In this document: positions 9,960-20,374 of the stretch, piece after piece
How positions within the stretch are numbered: position 1 is the first letter of the stretch
How the letters are laid out: every line of letters begins with the position of its first letter
From: Verrucomicrobiales bacterium
Lineage (GTDB): Bacteria; Verrucomicrobiota; Verrucomicrobiia; Verrucomicrobiales; DEV007
Assembly: GCA_048267005.1 (NCBI GenBank)
Contig: JBLWYI010000013.1
Location: 118,455 to 182,454, forward strand
Length of the DNA stretch: 64,000 bases
Reading direction: 5' to 3'
The notes under the pieces: generated by a model
What the model was told of the DNA's origin: nothing
Database searches by the model: none
Seen by the model: the letters and a program-made list of their open reading frames with translations, nothing else
Position numbers and translations under genes: made by a program

Positions 9960-10994
9960 TCAAGTTTTTTTGTTACGGGGTTGTGTCAGGACTGACCCAC
10001 GGTCGAGAAACTCGGTGGTGACTTCCACGATGAGTCCTTTGTTTTTACCCGGATCAGAAATTTCCTCAAAGGCGATGCGGAGGGCTTCGGTCGCCATTTT
10101 CCCGGTGTCTTGAACGACTGCACTGAGCGGGGTGGCGAGGACGGTGGCGTAGGGCTGGTCATCGAATGACACCAGCGAGATATCTTCGGGAATGCGAACA
10201 CCAGCCTGACCCAGAGCCTGAAGTGCGCCGAGGGCATTCACGTTTCCATAGGAGAAAATCGCGGTCGGGCGAGGGGATTGTTCGAGCAACTGCCGGGTCG
10301 AGTGGTAGCCGTCGGCGACTGAGAACTCGCTCCCTATTGACGTGCACTTCATGTTTCCGATACCGGCCTTGACCCCCCGGGTTCGTTCGAGGCTGGTCGA
10401 GGTACGCGGGTCGCCATGGAGGCACGCGATGTGGGAGTGGCCTTTGCTTTTGAGAACCGCTGCGACGTTTTTTGCCGCTTCAAAGTCAGTCGAAACCACG
10501 GATGGAGCTGAGAGATCAGGGAAATACCGGTCCACAAAGACCAATGGCAGAGCGCTTTTCACCAGATCCGCATAGACCGCGGAGTCATCGCTGACGGGGC
10601 AGGCGATGATGGCATCGACGCGGCGTTCCCGCATAACGTCTAAGGCACGTCTTTCCATTCCGGAGTTATCGCAATCGCAGAGGATCGTGACGTAACCTTT
10701 CTCCTGTGCGGCCCGTTCAACGGATCGGGCGATGGTGGCGAAGAAAGGGTTGGTAATATCGGGGAGCAACAGACCCAGGGTGAGGGTGCGCTTCATGCGC
10801 AAACTCCGGCCGGCAGGGTCGGGACGAACCCCGAACCGGGCCGCGGCATTGGTGATCTTTTCCTGAGTTGCCTTGCCAATTCGGTATTGATTTCCCTGAC
10901 CGCTGAGGGTTCGGGAGACGGTGGAGACAGAAGTGCCCAGATATGTGGCGAGTTCCTGAAGGTTGGATGGATTTGATGAACCTGAGTTCGCCAT
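9960..10994 (-). CDS. LacI family transcriptional regulator
   Basis: N-terminal HTH 'LATYLGTSVSTVSRTLSG' followed by a periplasmic-binding-protein-like effector domain. Confidence 0.9.
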   Translation of the reverse strand: MANSGSSNPSNLQELATYLGTSVSTVSRTLSGQGNQYRIGKATQEKITNAAARFGVRPDPAGRSLRMKRTLTLGLLLPDITNPFFATIARSVERAAQEKGYVTILCDCDNSGMERRALDVMRERRVDAIIACPVSDDSAVYADLVKSALPLVFVDRYFPDLSAPSVVSTDFEAAKNVAAVLKSKGHSHIACLHGDPRTSTSLERTRGVKAGIGNMKCTSIGSEFSVADGYHSTRQLLEQSPRPTAIFSYGNVNALGALQALGQAGVRIPEDISLVSFDDQPYATVLATPLSAVVQDTGKMATEALRIAFEEISDPGKNKGLIVEVTTEFLDRGSVLTQPRNKKT

Positions 10995-11003
10995 AGGTGC
11001 GCC

Positions 11004-12206
11004 TTACGGGTTCAAGAATAAGACTGATGAAGCGGTGTAACCATGAACGAAATTCTGCCCGGCCACCGGACCGATCTCTCCATTGCAGAAAAAGCCACCC
11101 ATGGGGACCTTTCCGAAAACTTCTTCGAAGATCGTGGCGTCATGGTTGGGTTCTTCAAACAGCCGAACACCTCTCCCGGCACAGGTAAACATCAGTGAGC
11201 CAAACGGTTCACCCCAGGATTTCTGTGCTTCCCGGCAGGCGATGCGCAGATCCTCGTCCGCAGTGTCTTTGTCTCGCATTTGGAACTGAACGGTTTGTCC
11301 AACTCTGGGAAGTGCCCCGAGCGCCAGCACACCGGCCTCGGGATCGCCTCCTATGATGTTTCGGACCAGAAAATCTCCACGCTTGAAGTCGTCGACGTAT
11401 TCAGAAATCGCCAGCCCGGCGAAGATATTCCCGCGTGCTTCAGATTGCTCTTCAGCATCGAGTTCCTCGAAGGTTTCCTCCAGAATCTGGTAAGCCTTTT
11501 TGCCTCCGATTTGGAGGATCACGTTTTCGTCGACGCCGGTGATTGTGTAGGGCTCGCCGATAGGACGGCAACCCTGGCTGACGACGCCACCGAATTTGAC
11601 GCCATTTTTGAAATTCACTGCAAGCAATGAGGCATCAGACACCCCTTTCTCAGTGAAGAGAAAAATCTCTTCCGGATTAGGCCCGCCGCTGGCAAGCCCA
11701 CCAAAGCAGGGGACATCGGGATAAGCTGTATTCCAACCGCGCAGCCAGGTGTCTGTGCTCATACGGGTAGGGTTCCCCAAGGTGATCCACCCACCGTTGT
11801 CATCCCCGTTCATTTGTAGACCTGTGATCGCCTGCCAGGGAGTGCCGGATTCGGCGTCATTGAGGTCGGATTCATCAAGGGGGACACAGGTAATGTCCGT
11901 ATTGGGAAGGCGCATAAACACCAGCGACATTCCGCTGACGTTTTCATCTTCCTGCCCAACTCCCACGAGTCCATATCCTGAACAGCCTACGATCAGGGGG
12001 GCGTGACCGTAGATCTGGACGATTTCTGTAAAGTCTTTGAGGTGTTGTTCCCAATCGGAGCTGACGAACGCAAATACGATATCGGGTGCTCCGCCCAGGC
12101 GACTCCGCGCGGCAACCACGGCTTGAGTTACCACTGCCTCATCAAAAGTGGTCCGAATCAGGCAGGAGGTTGCCTGATTCGATTTCAATTCTGTATCCTG
12201 TAGCAT
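11004..12206 (-). CDS. FIST domain sensory protein (FIST-N + FIST-C)
   Basis: Domain-level resemblance to FIST proteins (C-terminal 'GFFCNGEIGP' block). The ORF-track start at 12224 is a TTG; the first ATG is at 12206. Confidence 0.75.
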   Translation of the reverse strand: MLQDTELKSNQATSCLIRTTFDEAVVTQAVVAARSRLGGAPDIVFAFVSSDWEQHLKDFTEIVQIYGHAPLIVGCSGYGLVGVGQEDENVSGMSLVFMRLPNTDITCVPLDESDLNDAESGTPWQAITGLQMNGDDNGGWITLGNPTRMSTDTWLRGWNTAYPDVPCFGGLASGGPNPEEIFLFTEKGVSDASLLAVNFKNGVKFGGVVSQGCRPIGEPYTITGVDENVILQIGGKKAYQILEETFEELDAEEQSEARGNIFAGLAISEYVDDFKRGDFLVRNIIGGDPEAGVLALGALPRVGQTVQFQMRDKDTADEDLRIACREAQKSWGEPFGSLMFTCAGRGVRLFEEPNHDATIFEEVFGKVPMGGFFCNGEIGPVAGQNFVHGYTASSVLFLNP

Positions 12207-12260
12207 TGCTCCTACCGTACCCAAAAACTGCAGGAGCGGGAACTAAAAATGAGGGGAGGA

Positions 12261-13799
12261 TCAATGCAGAAAGTGACGATGACCGGTGAAGACCATTGCA
12301 GCATCGTGTTCGTTCGCGGCTTTAATCACCTCTTCGTCTCGAATTGATCCGCCTGGCTGAATGGCAGCCGTTGCTCCAGCTTCGATTGCGGAGACCAATC
12401 CGTCAGCAAATGGGAACAGCGCATCGCTGGAAACGACGCTGCCTTTGAGGCTCAACCCGGCTTGCTCTGCTTTCCAGACAGCGAGGCGGCATGAATCTAC
12501 CCGGGCCATTTGTCCTGCTCCGATACCGAGGGTGCGATCGGTTCCCGAAAAGACAATCGCGTTGGATTTAACATGTTTTACGACCCGCCAGCCAAAGCGC
12601 ATAGCTTCCATTTCATCCGCTGTCGGAGGGCGTTCCGTAACAACCCGCTTCTCAATGTTGTCGAGTCCGAGTGCTGTTTTGTCGTGATCCATCACCAGCA
12701 AACCACCCGGAGCGGACGCAATAATCGGATCGTCCAGCGTTTCGCGAAACGCTTCGTTCATCTGAATCAACCGCAGATTTTTCTTCTTCTGCAGAAGTGC
12801 TCTGGCATCGGCATCAAAATCAGGTGCAATGATCACATCGGTGAAGATTCCCGAAATCACCCGGGCGAGGCCGACATCGAGCGAGCGGTTGCAGACAATA
12901 ACTCCTCCGAACGGAGCTTGTTTGTCAGTTTCAAAAGCTTTGTCCCATGCCCCGCGAAGGCTGTCGTCATCAACTCCGACGCCACAGGGATTGGTGTGTT
13001 TAAGAATTGCGACAGCCGGACGGCGAAATTCCAGAATCAACTCAGCAGCTCCACCAATGTCGATCACGTTGGTGTAGCTGAGACCTTTGCCCTGGAGTTG
13101 CTTAAAATAGTCACCAAAATTTCCGTAGAGCGAAGCTGCCTGATGGGGGTTTTCCCCATATCGAAGCTCCTGAGAAAGTGGCAGGCACACTGAATAGCTC
13201 GCTTCTGTTTCCTGTTCCTCGTTCAGATAAGTGGAAATGGCGCGGTCGTATTCCGAGGTGCGTTGGAACACCTTGATGGCAAGGCGCTCTCTTGTTTTGA
13301 GCGTTGTATCTCCATCGTGATCGTCCATTTCTGTGATGACCGATTCATAATCGGCGTGATCACAAACCACAGTTACGGCGCTGTGGTTTTTTGCGGCTGA
13401 TCGAAGCATTGAAGGGCCTCCGATATCGATTTTCTCGATTGCTTCTTCCCGTGTGACACCTTCCTGAGCCACCGTCTCCTCAAACGGATACAAGTTTACG
13501 ACGACCAAATCGATCGGGAGAATGTCATTGTCTTCCGCCTGCTGGACGTGTTCCTCGACATCGCGACGGTGGAGGAGTCCTCCGTGAATCTTAGGGTGCA
13601 GTGTCTTTACCCTCCCTTCGAACAGTTCAGGAAATCCTGTGAAGTCTGATACTTCAATGACGGGGATGTCCATATCGGCAATGAACTTTGCAGTTCCTCC
13701 GGTTGATAGAATTTCGACTCCGTGCTTGTAGAGACCTTTGGCGAGAGCCTCGAGGCCGGATTTGTCGGAAACGGAAATAAGGGCGCGTGAAATGCTCAT
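12261..13799 (-). CDS. purH: Bifunctional AICAR transformylase / IMP cyclohydrolase
   Basis: 'MSISRALISVSDKSGLEALAKGLYKHGVEILSTGGTAKF' canonical PurH N-terminus. The ATG at 13799 was chosen; the ORF-track 48-codon upstream extension was rejected. Confidence 0.95.
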   Translation of the reverse strand: MSISRALISVSDKSGLEALAKGLYKHGVEILSTGGTAKFIADMDIPVIEVSDFTGFPELFEGRVKTLHPKIHGGLLHRRDVEEHVQQAEDNDILPIDLVVVNLYPFEETVAQEGVTREEAIEKIDIGGPSMLRSAAKNHSAVTVVCDHADYESVITEMDDHDGDTTLKTRERLAIKVFQRTSEYDRAISTYLNEEQETEASYSVCLPLSQELRYGENPHQAASLYGNFGDYFKQLQGKGLSYTNVIDIGGAAELILEFRRPAVAILKHTNPCGVGVDDDSLRGAWDKAFETDKQAPFGGVIVCNRSLDVGLARVISGIFTDVIIAPDFDADARALLQKKKNLRLIQMNEAFRETLDDPIIASAPGGLLVMDHDKTALGLDNIEKRVVTERPPTADEMEAMRFGWRVVKHVKSNAIVFSGTDRTLGIGAGQMARVDSCRLAVWKAEQAGLSLKGSVVSSDALFPFADGLVSAIEAGATAAIQPGGSIRDEEVIKAANEHDAAMVFTGHRHFLH

Positions 13800-14012
13800 T
13801 ATACTAAGATCCTGCCTAGCAGGTTCGTTCAGACTTAAACTGAGGCCGGATTGAAGCAAGGCAAAGTTTCCTGAAACAGATTCCTTAAAAAAATAACGCG
13901 AAATCGCCTGATATCCTCCTTTGAACCAGTAAAAACACCGCAATAATTTTAAAAAATTATTGCAAATTAGTTAATAGATCCTAAAATTCCTACAAGTTTA
14001 ATAAAACTGGCT

Positions 14013-14453
14013 ATGAAAATCTCGACATCCACTCTTCGATTGATTCTTCCAGCAGTCTGCGGCCTTTTCGCCGTGTCCTGTGGAAAGGATAAAGTTGCGA
14101 ACGCGAATCCATATCAGGATAACCCCTATTACGGACCGCAAAGCTCGACCTACGGAACCACTGCGACGGACACTGCTGCACCGGCAGCGCCTACCAGCAG
14201 TTACCCGACCTATACGGACAACAGCTACACTCCTCCTGCTCCGGCACCTGCTGCGCCAGCGCCTGTTGCCAATGATTCTTATGCTGCGAACACCTACTCA
14301 GGTGGAGGCTCTTCACACACTGTTCAGCAGGGAGACACGCTTTACAGCTTGAGCCGAAAGTATGGAACATCAGTTTCTGCTATCCAAAGTGCAAATGGTC
14401 TCAGTGGCGACCTGATCCGCAAGGGCCAGACGCTGACGATTCCAAGCAGCTAG
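14013..14453 (+). CDS. LysM-domain lipoprotein with Pro/Ala-rich linker
   Basis: Lipobox 'LFAVSCG'; C-terminal LysM 'HTVQQGDTLYSLSRKYGTSVSAIQSANGL'. Confidence 0.8.
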   Translation: MKISTSTLRLILPAVCGLFAVSCGKDKVANANPYQDNPYYGPQSSTYGTTATDTAAPAAPTSSYPTYTDNSYTPPAPAPAAPAPVANDSYAANTYSGGGSSHTVQQGDTLYSLSRKYGTSVSAIQSANGLSGDLIRKGQTLTIPSS

Positions 14454-14483
14454 TAAATTCGGTAGGACAGCCAAATTTCTATA

Positions 14484-14513
14484 ACCCGCATCGGTTCGCC
14501 GTTGCGGGTTTTT
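14484..14513 (+). terminator. Rho-independent terminator (stem acccgca/tgcgggt, 12-nt loop, TTTTT)
   Basis: Hairpin plus a 5-T run 30 bp after the LysM gene stop. Confidence 0.55.
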
Positions 14514-14536
14514 GCGTTCTGGTAAAGCTGTTACGC

Positions 14537-14860
14537 TCAGGCTACCGCTTCGAAGTCGGCAGAATCACTGTCAGCACAGCGTCGAATCAGGCCCAGGCTT
14601 TCCGGAGTCAACCAAACGCCGAGAATATCCACCATCACCGGGTTCCCGTCGGAATCGCGGTGTTCGCTTTCAACGGAATCCCGCAGCGCCACACTGACGT
14701 TTCCATCAGCCGTATCGTCGGCAAACATGGTACTGGCAGGAGCGCCTGACACCTCAAATGGGGATTGCAGTTTCCAGCGTAACTTTTTTCCATCCAGGTC
14801 GGAGGCAGTGAATTCGCAAGGACCGTTGACAGGGGAAGTAGCAAGGTGGGGAGTGCTCAT
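14537..14860 (-). CDS. Hypothetical protein (107 aa)
   Basis: ATG ORF downstream of and co-directional with trpG/pabA; no recognisable motifs. Confidence 0.4.
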   Translation of the reverse strand: MSTPHLATSPVNGPCEFTASDLDGKKLRWKLQSPFEVSGAPASTMFADDTADGNVSVALRDSVESEHRDSDGNPVMVDILGVWLTPESLGLIRRCADSDSADFEAVA

Positions 14861-14896
14861 CTTATGTCGGCAAATTGGATGTAACGTCGAGGACTT

Positions 14897-15460
14897 TCAC
14901 ATCTCCAGGAAATTCCGGAGCAGCTTCTTTCCTTCGCCTGTCAGTATTGATTCAGGGTGAAACTGAACCCCGTGAATCGGCAGGTCGCGATGACGCAATC
15001 CCATGATCTCGCCCTCTTCGGTTTCGGCCGTGATCTCGAGACAATCGGGGACTGTGTCACGCTTAACGATCAGTGAATGATAGCGGGTCGCTTCAAATGG
15101 ATTCTCCAACCCCGCAAAGAGACCCTCTCCGTTGTGTTTGATCGGAGATGTCTTGCCGTGCATAAGCCGGTCGGCGCGAATCACATCGCCACCATAGACT
15201 TCTCCGATACTCTGATGACCCAGACAGACACCGAAAATTGGAACAGTCCCGCCAAATTCGCGGATAACATCACAACTGATCCCTGCTTCAGCCGGGGTCT
15301 TCGGTCCCGGGGAAATACAAATCCTTCCGGGAGCCTTTTCACGAATCTCATCGAGCGTGATTTTGTCGTTTCGATAAATCTCCATCTCCGCCCCCAACTC
15401 GCCGAAATACTGGACGAGATTGTAGGTGAACGAATCGTAGTTATCGATGACCAACAGCAT
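14897..15460 (-). CDS. Anthranilate / aminodeoxychorismate synthase component II (glutamine amidotransferase, TrpG/PabA)
   Basis: '[23 protein letters not shown]' and '[10 protein letters not shown]' class-I GATase motifs; TrpG and PabA cannot be distinguished by eye. Confidence 0.9.
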   Translation of the reverse strand: MLLVIDNYDSFTYNLVQYFGELGAEMEIYRNDKITLDEIREKAPGRICISPGPKTPAEAGISCDVIREFGGTVPIFGVCLGHQSIGEVYGGDVIRADRLMHGKTSPIKHNGEGLFAGLENPFEATRYHSLIVKRDTVPDCLEITAETEEGEIMGLRHRDLPIHGVQFHPESILTGEGKKLLRNFLEM

Positions 15461-15523
15461 AGTGAATCGAACGTAAGCTGAATCACATTAGGGTCAACAA
15501 TCCGCAATCTGGCGTGATCAAAT

Positions 15524-17113
15524 CTACCGGACCTTATCGAGGAGAAATCCCAGCAGTTCTGAAATCGGCATGCGGGTCTGCTCCATCGAATCACGTTCGC
15601 GAAGTGTCACCGTGTCTTTGAGCTCATCGCCACTCTCACCGAGCGTGTCGAAATCAATCGTGACACCAAATGGAGTTCCGATTTCGTCCTGACGACGGTA
15701 ACGGCGACCGATGGCTGCCGTTTCGTCATAAAACACGTTCATGTGCTTCACCAGCATGGCCTGAACTTCCCGTGCTTTCTCAACAAGCTCCGGCTTGTTC
15801 TTCAAAAGCGGGAAAACCCCGACCTTGATGGGTGCCATCTTGGGATCGAAACGCATCACTTTACGCACGGCTTCTTTACCTTTTTCGTCTGTGATCGTCT
15901 CCTCATCATACGCTTCACAAATCATTGCGAGGACCGTCCGGTCACATCCGGCACTCGGCTCAACCACGTGAGGAATCATCTTCTGGCCACCATTTTCCTG
16001 ATCGATGTAGTCGATTGGCTTCTTGGAGTGCTCTTTGTGGGCCTTGAGGTCGTGGTCGGTCCGGTAGGCAACCCCTTCGAGCTCCTGAATCCCAAACGGA
16101 AATTCATACTCAATGTCGTAGGTCTTCGAAGAGTAGTGGGCACGCTCGCCGTCAGGGATATCAACCACATGCAGCTTCTCACGCGGAACACCGATCTCAT
16201 CGTAAAACTTAAGCCGCAGCTCAAGCCACTCGTCCGTTAGACGAAGGCCGTCTTCTTCACGGCAGAAGTATTCTACCTCCATCTGTTCGAATTCACGGGA
16301 GCGAAACGTAAAGTTACGTGGATTGATCTCGTTGCGGAACGATTTTCCGATCTGAGCAATACCGAACGGCAACTTCACCCGGTTGGTATCGAGCACGTTC
16401 TTGAACTGCACAAAGATCGACTGCGCCGTTTCCGGGCGGAGATAAGCTTCAGCATTCGGGTCGGACTCAACACTGGATGCACCCATCTGGGTCTTGAACA
16501 TCAGGTTGAACTCACGCTCTTCAGTCAATAGCGATCCGTTCTCCGGATTGAACCGTGTCGTGTCTGTCACTTGCTCAGTCCGCTCGCCCTGAAGCTCCAG
16601 CTTCTTGGGTGAAATCTGTTTGTCGCTGAGAAATTTCGCGTAGAAAAGCCGCGCCGTCTTGCGCGCTTTATTCTCGTCCTGACCTTCCTGCAAAAGGACG
16701 CCGTAGTCACGCTCAGTCGTCCAGTCACTCTCCGCATGGCTGGCACCCGTGTACCAGTATACGGTTCCCGATTGCGGTTCGATCTGGTCAGCTCGAAGCC
16801 GGGCGTTCGAGAGCAGACAGTCACACATGGGGTCAGAGAATCCACCCAGGTGGCCTGATGCTTCCAGCACCGAGCGGTGTGTCAGGATCGATCCGTCCAT
16901 TCCGAGAATATCATCACGCTCCTGCACATTCTTGCGCCACCAGTAATCCTTCAAATTACGCTTCAGCTCCGCACCGAGCGGACCGTAGTCCCAGCACCCG
17001 TTCAAGCCGCCGTAGATCTCGGCTGATTGAAAGATGAATCCGCATTCTTTGCAGTGACTGACGATGGTTTTCATCAGCTCTGCATTCTTTTCTGAGATTT
17101 CCTGATCGCTCAT
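15524..17113 (-). CDS. glyQS: Glycine--tRNA ligase (dimeric alpha2 type)
   Basis: 'MSDQEISEKNAELMKTIVSHCKECGFIFQSAEIYGG...NLKDYWW' canonical GlyQS N-terminus; ATG at 17113 (ORF-track extension rejected). Confidence 0.95.
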   Translation of the reverse strand: MSDQEISEKNAELMKTIVSHCKECGFIFQSAEIYGGLNGCWDYGPLGAELKRNLKDYWWRKNVQERDDILGMDGSILTHRSVLEASGHLGGFSDPMCDCLLSNARLRADQIEPQSGTVYWYTGASHAESDWTTERDYGVLLQEGQDENKARKTARLFYAKFLSDKQISPKKLELQGERTEQVTDTTRFNPENGSLLTEEREFNLMFKTQMGASSVESDPNAEAYLRPETAQSIFVQFKNVLDTNRVKLPFGIAQIGKSFRNEINPRNFTFRSREFEQMEVEYFCREEDGLRLTDEWLELRLKFYDEIGVPREKLHVVDIPDGERAHYSSKTYDIEYEFPFGIQELEGVAYRTDHDLKAHKEHSKKPIDYIDQENGGQKMIPHVVEPSAGCDRTVLAMICEAYDEETITDEKGKEAVRKVMRFDPKMAPIKVGVFPLLKNKPELVEKAREVQAMLVKHMNVFYDETAAIGRRYRRQDEIGTPFGVTIDFDTLGESGDELKDTVTLRERDSMEQTRMPISELLGFLLDKVR

Positions 17114-17195
17114 ATATTCGTCTCCGTTTTCGGAGGGCGGCAAAGAAACGCCGTGCGGCATTTATCCGCAAGGGGAAAGTGGTATCAGTCAGGAC

Positions 17196-20100
17196 TCAGC
17201 GTTTCGTGATCGATTCGTCGAAATTCATCAGCGTGGATACCAGCACGTTGACTGCGGCGAGGCGGGCCGGATCATCAACCACTTCGACCTTTTTCTCACC
17301 GATCTTGAATAATTCAGCCGCTTTCTCCGGAGCTGCCTGAAACTCCGCCAGTTGCTCATCAAGCAGGGCTTTCAGGATCTTCGATTCCTCCGCGTCGGGC
17401 ATCCGACTCGTGAAAAGCCGGAACGCGTCGTGCAAAATCGCCTGCTCATCGTCACCGTGCTTCGCGATCAATTTCTGCGCCGTAACTCGCGCCGCTTCGA
17501 CAAATTGCGGGCCGTTCATTAGCACTAAACTCTGTAGCGGAGAAGCCGTTTCCTCCCGTTTCACGCGGCACACTTCACGCTTCGAGGCATCCAGCGTCAT
17601 CATCACCGGCGATGCCGCCGTTTGCTTCCAAAACGTATAGACGCTCCGGCGATAGAGGCTCTCTCCGCTCGAGGGCTTGATCGGCTTGAATGAAACCGCG
17701 AGATCGTAGGGATTCACCGATGCCCCTCCGACCTTGGCTGAAAGCAGACCGCTGACAGCCAGCGCGTTGTCGCGAATCATTTCGGCGGCGATTTTCCCGC
17801 TGGGTGACCGGGCCAGATAGATATTCTCAGGATCACGCTCCCGCAGGTCAGATGTCACATCACTCACCTGACGGTAAGTTGCGGAAAGCGCCATCTTCTT
17901 CAGCAGTTGGTGCAGATCCCAGCCGCCTGCGACAAAATCCCGCGACAGCCAGTCGAGCAACTCAGGGTGTGATGGCGGTTTGCCCTGGCTTCCGAAGTCC
18001 TCTGATGTGGAAACCAGCCCCCGCCCAAACATCATCTGCCAATAACGATTCACCGCGACCCGAGCCGTGAGAGGATGGTTGGGATCAGTCAGCCACCTGG
18101 CCAAATCCAGACGATCGGCATCTTTCCTGTCGGGCAGGGCAGGGAGAACCGCGGGAATATCGGGCGTCACTTTTTCGGCGCGAGCCTCATAGCTTCCCCG
18201 ATCCAGGATATAAGCTTCAGCTGGCCCGGGCTTGTCCTGCATCACCATGATTTCCTTGATTCCCTTCTGCACCGCACTCCGTTTCTCACGGGCAGCTTTC
18301 AACTGGTCGAGCCACTTCGCGACCTTTTCGTTGTCCGTCAGGTAGTGATGCTCAAGGTCCGACTTTACCTCCTTGTCGGGATTCGCCAGCTTCTCCACCT
18401 CCCGCTCCGACAACTGACGGTCAAAGACATAAAACTCATCCACCAGCCCGTTCTTAAAGCCATTGTCACGCATCCGCTGCCCCAGCCCGACAAAGTCATC
18501 GCCGCCACCGACAATCTCACGGGTCAGCTTGTCCCGAACAATCTCCGTGTCCGCAGGTTTGCCATTGAGGAACAACTTCAACCCCGCAGCCCGGCTCGAG
18601 CCATCGTAGTTCACCATCACATGCTGCCATTCCCCAACTGGTAGAGCCTCTTTCATTTGCACCCGGATCGAATTCCCCGGCTCGAAATGGACCAGCGCTG
18701 CGCTCAGCTTGCCTTCAAGGAGAATTAACTCGTAGCCCCGGCTCGCGGCGTCCGTCCACGCCTTCGATCTCCGGACAATGACTCCCCGTTCTTTCACATC
18801 CGGAGTCTGGATCCACAAGGCATATGAGAACGGTTGATCCCGCGTAAAGTTCCCGACCCCTTTTGGCAGATTGATGGCGTCGTCGCCTGTCAGCTTGACG
18901 GCATTCCCGACCTTTCCGGGCACCACCTTGTTATTGGCGTTGGTTGAAGCCGGACTCTTCTCGTCAGCCCTGTTGGCGAACTTATTTTTCTCCAATGCCT
19001 CAAAGTCCAGATGCACGATCTGCCCGGCTTTAGGAATATCGACCGGTGCGGGTTCAAATTTGCCCGCCATCTCCGGCTTTTCGCCTGCCAGTTCATCGAT
19101 TGCTTTCTCAGCTTCAGCCAATGCCTTTTCCTGTGCCTCCGTAGGCAGCTCCAGCGTCGGAGTCGGAACCGACGAGGTGAAGAACGAATACAACCCCGCT
19201 TCATCGATATTCGAGAAGAAAGCGGACAACGAATAGTAATCATGCTGCGTCAAAGGATCATACTTGTGATCGTGACACCGGGTGCATTCCATAGTTAGCC
19301 CGAGGAAAGCCGTTCCAAAGGTGTGAACCCGGTCTGCAATATATTCGATTCGAAATTCCTCGGGCACACTGCCGCCTTCCACCTTCTGCCCGTGGAGCCG
19401 GTTAAAAGTCGTTGCCAGAATCTGATCCCGCGTTGCGTTCGGCAGCAGATCACCAGCCACCTGGTGCGTCATAAACTCATCATAGCCCAGGTTCTTGCGG
19501 AAAGCCCCGATCACCCAGTCTCTCCACGGCCAGACCTCCCTGTTGCGATCCACCTGGAACCCATACGTGTCAGAATATCGTGCCACATCCAGCCACTCAC
19601 TCGTCATCCGTTCCGCATAGGCATCCGTGTTCAGAAGCCGGTCGACCACTTTTTCATAGGCAGCAGTGGATGAGTCATCCAGAAAGGCATCAACCTCCGC
19701 CAAAGTCGGGGGCAGGCCCGTCAGATCAAAGGTCACCCGGCGAATCCATTTCTCTTTCGTGGTCTCCGGCGATGGCTCCAGCTTGTGCTCCGTTATCTTC
19801 TCCAGAATAAATGCATCGATCTCATTGCGCCCCCAATTCTTATTGCCGGTCTCAGGAACCTCCACCTTCTCCGGCAACGGGTTGAGCGACCAGTGTTTCG
19901 CAAATTTCCCTCCCTGTAGAATCCATTGATCAATGATGTCTTTCTCCTCATCCGTCAGCTTCATCTTCGATTTCGGAGTCGGCATCATTTCATCGGGATC
20001 ATCCGAACGGATCCGCCAGTGTACTTCGCTCTCCTTCAAATCCCCCGGCACAATTCCCTTCACTCCGTCGAGATCTTCCGTGGCGTGATCAAACGTATCG

Positions 20101-20258
20101 ATGCGAAACTCCGACTTCTGGTTCTTGGCATCCGGTCCGTGGCACTTGAAGCACTTGTCCGAAATGATGGGGCGCACATCCCGATTGAAATCGATCTTCT
20201 TCTCTGCTGCAAAGCCGGGCAGAGTAAAGATGAGGAGGCATAGGAAAACTCGGATCAT
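17196..20258 (-). CDS. Planctomycete PSD1-type protein (PSCyt1 cytochrome-like + DUF1549 + LamG-like insert + DUF1553)
   Basis: Signal peptide; 'CFKCHGPD' heme-like motif; 'CTRCHDHKYDP' DUF1549 signature; 1020 aa. Confidence 0.9.
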   Translation of the reverse strand: MIRVFLCLLIFTLPGFAAEKKIDFNRDVRPIISDKCFKCHGPDAKNQKSEFRIDTFDHATEDLDGVKGIVPGDLKESEVHWRIRSDDPDEMMPTPKSKMKLTDEEKDIIDQWILQGGKFAKHWSLNPLPEKVEVPETGNKNWGRNEIDAFILEKITEHKLEPSPETTKEKWIRRVTFDLTGLPPTLAEVDAFLDDSSTAAYEKVVDRLLNTDAYAERMTSEWLDVARYSDTYGFQVDRNREVWPWRDWVIGAFRKNLGYDEFMTHQVAGDLLPNATRDQILATTFNRLHGQKVEGGSVPEEFRIEYIADRVHTFGTAFLGLTMECTRCHDHKYDPLTQHDYYSLSAFFSNIDEAGLYSFFTSSVPTPTLELPTEAQEKALAEAEKAIDELAGEKPEMAGKFEPAPVDIPKAGQIVHLDFEALEKNKFANRADEKSPASTNANNKVVPGKVGNAVKLTGDDAINLPKGVGNFTRDQPFSYALWIQTPDVKERGVIVRRSKAWTDAASRGYELILLEGKLSAALVHFEPGNSIRVQMKEALPVGEWQHVMVNYDGSSRAAGLKLFLNGKPADTEIVRDKLTREIVGGGDDFVGLGQRMRDNGFKNGLVDEFYVFDRQLSEREVEKLANPDKEVKSDLEHHYLTDNEKVAKWLDQLKAAREKRSAVQKGIKEIMVMQDKPGPAEAYILDRGSYEARAEKVTPDIPAVLPALPDRKDADRLDLARWLTDPNHPLTARVAVNRYWQMMFGRGLVSTSEDFGSQGKPPSHPELLDWLSRDFVAGGWDLHQLLKKMALSATYRQVSDVTSDLRERDPENIYLARSPSGKIAAEMIRDNALAVSGLLSAKVGGASVNPYDLAVSFKPIKPSSGESLYRRSVYTFWKQTAASPVMMTLDASKREVCRVKREETASPLQSLVLMNGPQFVEAARVTAQKLIAKHGDDEQAILHDAFRLFTSRMPDAEESKILKALLDEQLAEFQAAPEKAAELFKIGEKKVEVVDDPARLAAVNVLVSTLMNFDESITKR

Positions 20259-20374
20259 TGAGGTCAGTATATGCCGGATTCCCCCATAATATTACTGCCT
20301 TAAACAGGTGAGATGAAAGAATCGCGGAAGGCCAAAAGACAATCCCGCCCTTTTCATTTACCCGATCTTCAGGA

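Noticed and set aside
12261-13943. 560-aa PurH with 48-aa N-terminal extension
   Set aside because: The conserved PurH N-terminus 'MSISRALISVSDK' begins at an internal ATG (13799). The extension has no homology-like features. GlyQS (17161 -> 17113) and the 31656-32345 ORF (-> 32135) were trimmed similarly.
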